NCBI GenBank assembly: GCA_950097015.1
Contig: CATNEN010000020.1
Span: 1-64,000 of the forward strand
Length of the DNA stretch: 64,000 nucleotides
Origin: Macrostomum hystrix
Taxonomy: Eukaryota; Animalia; Platyhelminthes
Direction: 5' to 3'
Within the stretch, counting starts at the first letter, position 1, and every line of letters begins with the position of its first letter. Positions 1-9,400 of the stretch are shown piece by piece. The notes below the pieces were generated by a model. That model did no database searches. It was given only the letters and a program-made list of their open reading frames with translations, and was not told the DNA's origin. The translations under genes were made by a program, and so were the position numbers.

Positions 1-208
1 TCTCTTCTCTTCTTCTCTTCTCTTCTCTTCTTCTCTTCTCTTCTCTTCTCTTCTTTTCTTCTCTTCTTCTCTTCTCTTCTCTTCTCTTCTCTTCTCTTCT
101 CTTCTCTTCTTCTCTTCTCTTCTCTTCTCTTCTTTTCTTCTCTTCTTCTTTCCCTTCCCTTCTTCTTTCCCCTTCTCTTCTCTTCTTCTCTTCTCTTCTT
201 CTCTTCAG
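1..208. repeat. (TCTTC)n pyrimidine microsatellite, ending in TTCAG
   Basis: Direct reading: about 200 nt of C/T only, period about 5; runs off the window start. Confidence 0.95.
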
Positions 209-212
209 CTCA

Positions 213-258
213 GCAGCCAATGAGACTCCTGCAGCTATGAACGATTCTGGTTGGCTGC
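213..258 (+). promoter_or_regulatory. Putative CCAAT (NF-Y-like) boxes upstream of the ankyrin-cGLR gene
   Basis: AGCCAATGAG with CCAAT at 217-221 and an inverted imperfect copy (CTGGTTGGCTG, about 247-257), roughly 100-135 nt upstream of ATG 354. Motif match only. Confidence 0.3.
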
Positions 259-353
259 TGCGGACTACAAAATCATAGTCTTAAACCAATCTCTGAGCTG
301 CCCTTCTCGACCTCATTTACCACTTTCCCAAACCACAAGCAGACACCTGCAAA

Positions 354-3300
354 ATGTTTCCCTTACTCACAATACTCACCGCTGTCCTCCTGTACCTCAT
401 GAACTCACTTCATTCCTCACACCACCGAGAAGACGCACAAGAACTCACCGACCAGGACCTCCTCGCAGCCATCAGAGACGACCGAGTGGAGCCCGTTCAG
501 CGATTCATTAACAGCGGCGGCAGCCTCGATACCTTCATCGCCTATGCTGACTCATTTTTTACTCCAGCAATGCTCGCTTGCCGTTTCGGAAGACATGAAA
601 TTCTCGTGAGACTCATCCGAGCCATTGCAGATGTAGATAAGCAGAACTGGAGAGGGGCGACAGCATTGTGGATGGCATCACAATATGGTCACCACCGACT
701 GGTGAAATCACTCATCAAAGCACGAGCCGACGTCAATCTTCAAACAAATAATGGCGCCTCACCTCTCCACATTGCATCACTAAATGGCCATAACGACGTC
801 GTCCACTCACTCATCAAAGCACGAGCCGACGTCAATCTTCAAACAATTACTGGCGCCTCACCTCTCTACATTGCATCATATCAAGGCCATAACGACGTCG
901 TCCACTCACTCATCAATGCACGAGCCGACGTCAATCTTCAAGAAAATACTGGCTACTCACCTCTCCACATTGCATCACAAAATGGCCATAACGACGTCGT
1001 CCACTCACTCATCAAAGCACGAGCCGACGTCAATCTTCAAATAAATACTGGCGCCTCACCTCTCTACATTGCATCACAGCAAGGCCATAACGACGTCGTC
1101 CACTCACTCATCAATGCACGAGCCGACGTCAATCTTCAAAAAAATACTGGCGACTCACCTCTCCACATTGCATCACTAAATGGCCATAACGACGTCGTCC
1201 ACTCACTCATCAAAGCACGAGCCGACGTCAATCTTCAAACAATTACTGGCGCCTCACCTCTCTACATTGCATCATATCAAGGCCATAACGACGTCGTCCA
1301 CTCACTCATCAAAGCACGAGCCGACGTCAATCTTCAAACAAATACTGGCGAGTCACCTCTCTACATTGCATCACTAAATGGCCATAACGACGTCGTCCAC
1401 TCACTCATCAAAGCACGAGCCGACGTCAATCTTCAACAGAAAGTCTATGGCGCCTCACCTCTCTACATTGCATCCCGCAATGGCCATAACGACGTCGTCC
1501 ACTCACTCATCAAAGCACGAGCCGACGTCAATCTTCAAACAAATAATGGCGCCTCACCTCTCTACATTGCATCACAGCAAGGCCATAACGACGTCGTCCA
1601 CTCACTCATCAAAGCACGAGCCGACGTCAATCTTCAAGATAATACTGGCGCCTCACCTCTCTACATTGCATCACAAAATGGCCACCTCAGTGTTGTCGAG
1701 TCACTCATGAAGGTCGTTCATAGCCCCGACTTGCTGACAGCTGCTCTGCGAATCGCCACGGAAATCGGCCATGACCAAGTGGTTGACCTGCTGAGCCGTG
1801 GATCCTCCGCGCCATTGCCTGAGGAGAAGCAAAACAGGTAGGAGCTCCTGTTTCTTGTAAATGTCACCTGAACAATCATAGATACTTCGGATTCTCTGAG
1901 TATTCAGACTCCAAATCTGATTGCTGAACTTCGGAACTGATTGTTTTTGTGTTATTGTGTTATTGTTTTCTTGTTTTATTGTTATTGTTAAGGTTCTCAC
2001 GAATACCTGCTGCTTTTACTTCGCATTGTTAAGAGCTGGCGAATTTATAGCCAAAAGCCTCGAATTCACAGCAATGACCACTAGGAGTAAAATAACGGAA
2101 AACTACGATAATAGTTAATAAATATGTCTGCTTGCGCCGAAGATTATACCACAAGGATAGGAAATTGTTAGTGGCGCTGGTGTGCCGCCGGCCCTAGTTA
2201 GCAGTGGCGCCCTCAGAAGGCGAAAGACAGAACTTCCTAGTAGTTCTTATTGTCAATGCCTGTTTAGCCACAGACAGCAGACTCCACTTCAAAATTCTCA
2301 GTTTATGATTCGGATTTGATTGTGGAGGATTCAATATTACAGGCTTGGGATTCAATATTACAGGTTTGAGATTCAGTATTACAGGTTTGAGATTCAGTAT
2401 TACAGGTTTGAGATTCAATATTACAGGTTTGAGATTTAATATTACAGGTTTGGGATTTAATATTACAGGTTTGGAATTCAATATTACAGGTTTGGGATTC
2501 AATATTACAGGTTTGGGGTTCAGTATTACAGGCTCGGGATTTAATATTACAGGTTTGGGGTTCAGTATTACAGGTTTGGGATTCAATATTACAGGTTTGA
2601 GATTCAATATTACAGGTTTGGGGTTCAGTATTACAGGCTCGGGATTTAATATTACAGGTTTGGGGTTCAGTATTACAGGTTTGGGATTCAATATTACAGG
2701 TTTGGGATTAAATGTTACAGGTTCGGGATTCAATATTACAGGCTCGGGATTTAATATTACAGGTTTGGGGTTCAGTATTACAGGTTTGGAATTCAATATT
2801 ACAGGTTTGGGATTAAATGTTACAGGTTTGAGATTCAATGTTACAGAAATATTGGATTTAGATTTCTTAAAATTGACACATTCTGGCTGTTTAGTGTATT
2901 ATTCGCAAAAAATCTGCCTACTAATCTTTTAAAATTCATATATTTTTCTCATTCCTCGTTTCAGCTGTAGTTTTAGTTTCAATCCCAGTGAAACTCAGCA
3001 CTGCCGCCTCCTCTCACCCTTCAGAGCCTCCCAGCCTCACTGAAACTCAGCACTGCCGCCTCCTCTCACCCTTCAGAGCCTCCCAGACTCACTGAACCTC
3101 AGCACTGCCGCCTCCTCTCACCCTTCAGAGCCTCCCAGCCTCACTGAACCTCAGCACTGCCGCCTCCTCTCACCCTTCAGAGCCGCTCCCAGCGACGCAG
3201 AGCTGAGCCAGCAGCTGCACTCCAAGCTCTCTCAGTCGGGATTCGTGGACTCCAGAGCCGCCTTGCAGATCGCTGTGGCTGACGTCTTGCAGGATGTCCT

Positions 3301-6300
3301 CAGGAAGAGATGGAACAATGACGACTGGTTCGCTGTGGGCAGCTTCTCTGAGGCCTGGGGCAACAGCCTGGTCTCTCTGGATGGCAGAACTGACATCGAC
3401 TCTGACATCGATGTTATTGAGCTGATTCCAGGAAGGCCGATTCACCCGAGAGATGTGTGCGAGTGCGACCGAGTGGAGGCTGCTCAGACAGTGGAGCTCA
3501 GCAATGGCCACATCCTGAGCTCCGGATTCGGTGAGAATTTCCTGTCAGAGACTGTCGGGATGGCTGGGACAAGAATTGAACATGAGTTTGGCTTGCTCAT
3601 CTTCTTTGGCTTTCTAAAGCAAACAACAAACAAGGAAAGCAAACAAATGTTCAGTCCAGGTTTGAAATGCAGAGCCAGAGCAAGAAATTTCCCAGCAAAA
3701 ATGTAAACCCTGATTTTTCTTTCGGCACGCTTCCTCTGGGAACCAAACAGAGGCTTAGCGCTCCTCGCTCAGTGTACTTAGTGAATAGTGATGCTATATT
3801 ATGTATTCATGGTACATACTGATCTTTATAAGCCAAAATCTAATATCCTATATTCGCTATAAACTGTTAGTTAACTAGCAATGTAATCCCATCTTCGGGA
3901 GCCCAGACGATTCAATCAAGTTTCTCTCTGTTTCTCAGGCTCGCAATACTTTCACAGTCACAGGTGTGTAAAAGTAAAGTTTTTGAGGTGACCGCCCCAG
4001 TCCATGGACTGAACCGTTGTACACAGCTTTTGGAAGCGTCGTACAAACGCTACGGCTGGGCCATTGCAAATTTCGGTTATTTCTATTATATTATATTCTG
4101 TTGCCGCTTTTACAGAATTAGTTTTCTGTGATTCTGAAATTATGCCAATCAATGTCCATTGATTTTCAACAATATTCCGAACAGCCAATTCTAACTAGCC
4201 ATATAGTAGCTAGTTATCCAGTAGACAGGAAAATTATCCTAATTTATGTGGGCGGGAAAACCACCGCCGCAGGAAAATCCCATCGAATTTCCAGTCCAGA
4301 TTTGAATCTCGGCCTGAGGGAACGATGCTTGTCCAAGAGCTGGAATCATAACCTCGTATTTATTCAGCTCAGCCAGCTGAAGGTTACAGTAGAAATTTGA
4401 GGGGGCTGGTGACTCCCCAGTACAAAGACTGAAGAGCTGTATACAGTACTCACAAAATACTCATTAGAAACTAAAGAAGCAAGGAAGAATTGAAAATAAT
4501 CGTGCACGTGCTGCCCTCCGTAGGGGGCAAAAGTTTCTAGTCTGCACTAAAATTTCATATAAATCGCAGCTACAAACCATCTTTGCACAATTTTTTTATC
4601 TTATCGAGAAATAGTTCTGTGTCTATTAACTTGAAATCGGATGGCATTTTGCATATTTCTTGCATTTCCTTTTACTCCAGCCTCCAACCCAGCCTACACT
4701 CAAAATGGCTCCGCCATGAGACCGGCTGTGGATTACGTCACCGCCCGCCGCCTCTGCCGCTACCCTCCCATCGCGCCGCTGCAACCACCAAGAGTCTCCA
4801 ACTCCAACATCCTCCAGTCCGTGCTGCAGTCGCTCGAGCGAGACCTCACCGCTGCCTCATCGCCCTGTCACGTGGTGCACGCAGCCCCTCCTGGAATGGG
4901 CGGCCAGCAGCTCCGAGTGAGCAGCAGCTTCCTGGAGAGGCGACTGCTGCAGAGTCTCAGCACTCTGCAAGGCCAGCTGTTCGTCACACTCAAGTGGCTG
5001 CTGAAGAAGAAAATCTCAAACGTCGGCTTCAAGTCCTATCACGCAAAGACCGTCACGTTCCGAATGCTGGAGGAGACACCTGCTGAGCAGTGGAAGCCGG
5101 AGAATCTCGTGAGACTCACGACACGCTCGCTGCAGATTTTGCTTGACGGTGTGGAGAGCGGCTGCAGATCAGACACACCTGACGGTCGGATCCTGGAGCA
5201 CTTCTTCCTGAGCGATGCCGCTGTGTACCTGAAGGGCTTGAAGTCGCCCACATCAGCTGAGAGAGTGAGCGAAGCGTTGAATCGGGCAGCCGGCGCATTG
5301 AGTGACGCCATGGCTGAGCTGCCTCAGCTGCTGCTGCAGTTCGAGGACAGTCTGCGACCCGTCACCGACTCGGGCCGATTCCACTTCCACCCGTTCCTCA
5401 TCCTGCCAGTTCTTTGGCTCACACCTGTACCAGAAGCCAAGACATGCGAGTTCCACGAGATCTACGACATCGTGAGAGAGTCGGTGCTTCGTCTGTCCGA
5501 TGGAGACCGCAGCCCGCAGTCCCGAGAGAGTCTCGCAGAGCTGATCAACAAACTGCCAGACTGCGCCCGATCAGCGCGAGAGTCTCTCAGAGCGCTGGCC
5601 TGCCTGAAGTTCGGCGACAGACGCACTGCTGAAAAAGTTGTGAGCGACTGCGGGCCGTTCAGTGCGAGCAGAGGCATCGATTGGGGAGATGAGAGGTCGG
5701 CGAGAGAGGCCACTGCGGACTTTGTGTGGCAGCACCTGAAGAGCCGAGACTCCGCCTGGAAATTCTGCTTGGAGTTTGATGAGCGACCGAAGCTGCCGAT
5801 TCAGCACAAAGTCTTTGCCGACTGCTTTCCGCTGCAGATGATAAACTACAGCACATACTTCTACCTGAACTTTGACGCTCTGCTGCGGGCTCTTTGCAAT
5901 GAGCTGACAGTAGCAGGAGACCGGAGCGATCAGGACTGGATCCGGGATGTGGCTCAGAGGGAGGATGCGGATGAGCAGGAGCTGCTGGTGGCTGCGGCGA
6001 TCTGCGGAGATCTGGAGCTGCTGCGGCGGCTGCGCAGAAGAATCACTCACGAGCTGTGCCAGCTGCCAGGGTGGCTGCAGCAGAAGATTGAGAGGCTGAG
6101 CAGTCAAGGTGAAGATCGCCAAGACCAAGGTGAAGATCGCCAAGACCAAGGTGAAGATCGCCAAGACCAAGGTGAAGATCGCCAAGACCAAGGTGAACAT
6201 CGCCAAGACCAAGGTGAAGATCGCCAAAACCAAGAGATTCAAGAGAGATTGATATTGAGATTGAGATCAGCACAGGCAAAAAGGCTGCAGAGAAAGCGAA

Positions 6301-6314
6301 AATCGGTCGAGTAA
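354..6314 (+). CDS. Ankyrin-repeat + Mab-21/cGAS-like nucleotidyltransferase (cGLR) fusion protein, 3 exons, about 1155 aa
   Basis: Exons 354-1837 (AG|GTAGGA, phase 2), 3181-3530 (pyrimidine tract+CAG acceptor; G|GTGAGA, phase 1) and 4681-6314 (TTTACTCCAG acceptor) join in frame: 3468 nt = 1156 codons. An in-frame TAG at 276 supports ATG 354. Exon 1 has about 14 ANK repeats. Exon 2 has VGSFSE...SDIDV (GS and DxD motifs). Exon 3 has AVDYV (candidate third acidic residue), [20 protein letters not shown] and ILEHFFL, typical of the Mab-21 C-lobe. Confidence 0.85.
753..1690 (+). repeat. Coding tandem array of near-identical 99-bp ankyrin units (one of 102 bp)
   Basis: Units start GGC at 753, 852, 951, 1050, 1149, 1248, 1347, 1449, 1548 and 1647; consensus [33 protein letters not shown]. 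Confidence 0.95.
2331..2845. repeat. 21-bp minisatellite (CAATATTACAGGTTTGGGATT) in intron 1
   Basis: About 24 copies; explains the spurious GFNITGL / NPKPVIL ORFs. Confidence 0.95.
2989..3184 (+). repeat. 52-bp tandem repeat x4 duplicating the exon-2 splice acceptor
   Basis: TGAA starts at 2989, 3041, 3093 and 3145; each unit contains CCTCCTCTCACCCTTCAG|AGCC. Confidence 0.9.
3988..4040 (+). repeat. Short dispersed repeat (GGTGACCCCCAGTCCATGGACTGAACAGCTG...TTTGGAAG); other copies at about 4407-4447, 25654-25785 and 26904-27100
   Basis: Four similar copies, all on +. The 26.9-kb copy has an internal duplication of about 37 bp. Confidence 0.65.
6105..6230 (+). repeat. Coding 21-bp repeat x6 (QGEDRQD) in the cGLR C-terminal tail
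   Basis: CAAGGTGAAGATCGCCAAGAC tandem, in frame. Confidence 0.9.
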
Positions 6315-6454
6315 AGCACCAAATATAATCATTTTACAATCAAGTTATCATTTAGTATCAAAAGATCATTGGACCATCAAGTCGTACACTCACGAGCTGT
6401 GCCGGCTGCCAGGGTGGCTGCAGCAGAAGATTCGGAGGCTGAGATGTCAAACTA

Positions 6455-9400
6455 AAACTTCAGGCCTGTGACAATCGAACATCAGGCCAGTGACTGTCGA
6501 ACTTCAGGCTCGTGCTTTGCGAGTGAGTCGTACCTCCTCAGGCCAGTGACTATCGAACATCAGGCAAGTGACTATCGAACTTCAGGCCAGTGACTATCGA
6601 ACTTCAGGCCAGTGACTATCGAACTTCAGGCCAGTGACTATTGAACTGAAGGCCAGTGACTATCAAACTTCAGGCCAGTGACCATCGAACTTCAGGCCAG
6701 TGACTATCGAACATCAGGCAAGTGACTATCGAACTTCAGGCCAGTGACTATCGAACTTCAGGCCAGTGACTATCGAACTTCAGGCCAGTGACTGTCGAAC
6801 TTCAGGCCAGTGACCATCGAACTTTAGGCAAATGCTTTATGAGTGAGTTCTACCTCCTCAGGCCAGTGACTGTCGTACTTCAGGCTCGTGCTTTGTGAGT
6901 GAGTCCGACCTCCTCAGGCCAGTGACAATCGAACTTCAGGCTAGTGACTATAAAACTTCAGGCCAGTGACCATCGAACTTCAGGCCAGTGACTATTGAAC
7001 TTCAGGCCAGTGACTATCAAACTTCAGGCTCGTGCTTGGTGAGTGAGTTCTACCTCCTCAGGCCAGTGACTGTCGTACTTCAGGCCAGTGACCATCAAAC
7101 TTCAGGTCAGTTACTATCCAACTTCAGGCTCGTGCTTTGTGAGTGAGTCCTACCTCCTCAGGCCAGTGACAATCGAACTTGAGGCTAGTGACTATCGAAC
7201 TTCAGGCCAGTGACTATCGAACTTCAGGCCAGTGACCATCAAACTTCAGGCCAGTGACTATCGAACTTCAGGCCAGTGACCATCAAACTTCAGGCCAGTG
7301 ACTATTGAACTGAAGGCCAGTGACAATCAAACTTCAGGCCAGTGACCATCGAACTTCAGGCCAGTGACTATCGAACTTCAGGCCAGTGACTTTCGAACTT
7401 CAGGCCAGTGACCATCAAACTTCAGGCCAGTGACCATCGAACTTTAGGCACATGCTTTATGAGTGAGTCCGACCTCCTCAGGCCAGTGACAATCGAACTT
7501 CAGGCTAGTGACTATCAAACTTCAGGCCAGTGACCATCGAACTTCAGGCTAGTGACTATCAAACTTCAGGCCAGTGACTATTGAACTTCAGGCCAGTGAC
7601 CATCAAACTTCAGGTCAGTTACTATCCAACTTCAGGCTCGTGCTTTGTGAGTGAGTCCTACCTCCTCAGGCCAGTGACAATCGAACTTGAGGCTAGTGAC
7701 TATCGAACTTCAGGCCAGTGACTATCGAACTTCAGGCCAGTGACCATCAAACTTCAGGCCAGTGACTATCGAACTTCAGGCCAGTGACTATTGAACTGAA
7801 GGCCAGTGACTATCAAACTTCAGGCCAGTGACCATCGAACTTCAGGCCAGTGACTATCGAACTTCAGGCCAGTGACTTTCGAACTTCAGGCCAGTGACCA
7901 TCAAACTTCAGGCCAGTGACCATCGAACTTTAGGCACATGCTTTATGAGTGAGTCCGACCTCCTCAGGCCAGTGACAATCGAACTTCAGGCTAGTGACTA
8001 TCAAACTTCAGGCCAGTGACCATCGAACTTCAGGCTAGTGACTATCAAACTTCAGGCCAGTGACTATTGAACTTCAGGCCAGTGACCATCAAACTTCAGG
8101 TCAGTTACTATCCAACTTCAGGCTCGTGCTTTGTGAGTGAGTCCTACCTCCTCAGGCCAGTGACAATCGAACTTGAGGCTAGTGACTATCGAACTTCAGG
8201 CCAGTGACTATCGAACTTCAGGCCAGTGACCATCAAACTTCAGGCCAGTGACTATCGAACTTCAGGCCAGTGACCATCAAACTTCAGGCCAGTGACTATT
8301 GAACTGAAGACCAGTGACTATCAAACTTCAGGCCAGTGACCATCGAACTTCAGGCCAGTGACTATCGAACTTCAGGCAAGTGACTATCGAACTTCAGGCC
8401 AGTGACTATCGAACTTCAGGCTCGTGCTTTTGAGTGAGTCGCACCTCCTCAGGCCAGTGACCATCGAACTTCAGGCTCGTGCTTTTGAGTGAGTCGCACC
8501 TCCTCAGGCCAGTGACCTTCGAACTTCAGGCCAGTGACTATCGAACTTCAGGCCAGTGACTATCGAACTTCAGGCCAGTGACTATCGAACTTCAGGCCAG
8601 TGACCATCGAACTTTAGGCACATGCTTTATGAGTGAGTCCGACCTCCTCAGGCCAGTGACAATCGAACTTCAGGCTAGTGACTATCAAACTTCAGGCCAG
8701 TGACCATCGAACTTCAGGCTAGTGACTATTGAACTTCAGGCCAGTGACTATTGAACTTCAGGTCAGTTACTATTGAACTTCAGGCCAGTGACCATCAAAC
8801 TTCAGGTCAGTTACTATCCAACTTCAGGCTCGTGCTTTGTGAGTGAGTCCTACCTCCTCAGGCCAGTGACAATCGAACTTGAGGCTAGTGACTATCGAAC
8901 TTCAGGCCAGTGACTATCGAACTTCAGGCCAGTGACTATCGAACTTCAGGCCAGTGACCATCAAACTTCAGGCCAGTGACTATCGAACTTCAGGCCAGTG
9001 ACCATCAAACTTCAGGCCAGTGACTATTGAACTGAAGGCCAGTGACTATCAAACTTCAGGCCAGTGACCATCGAACTTCAGGCCAGTGACTATCGAACTT
9101 CAGGCAAGTGACTATCGAACTTCAGGCCAGTGACTATCGAACTTCAGCCTCGTGCTTTTGAGTGAGTCGCACCTCCTCAGGCCAGTGACCATCGAACTTC
9201 AGGCTCGTGCTTTTGAGTGAGTCGCACCTCCTCAGGCCAGTGACCTTCGAACTTCAGGCCAGTGACTATCGAACTTCAGGCCAGTGACTATCGAACTTCA
9301 GGCCAGTGACTATCGAACTTCAGGCCAGTGACTATCAAACTTCAGGCCAGTGACTATCGAACTTCAGGCCAGTGACTATCGAACTTCAGGCAAGTGACTA

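Noticed and set aside
354-1841. Stand-alone 495-aa ankyrin protein
   Set aside because: The stop overlaps a donor-like AG|GTAGGA that splices in frame to the NTase exons; kept only as a possible isoform.
2194-2932. NPKPVIL / GFNITGL repeat ORFs
   Set aside because: A 21-bp minisatellite inside intron 1 of the ankyrin-cGLR gene.
6510-6545. GTGAGT...CTCAG micro-intron inside the 34-bp satellite insert
   Set aside because: Only about 23 nt long, and removing it does not restore the 22-bp monomer or any frame.
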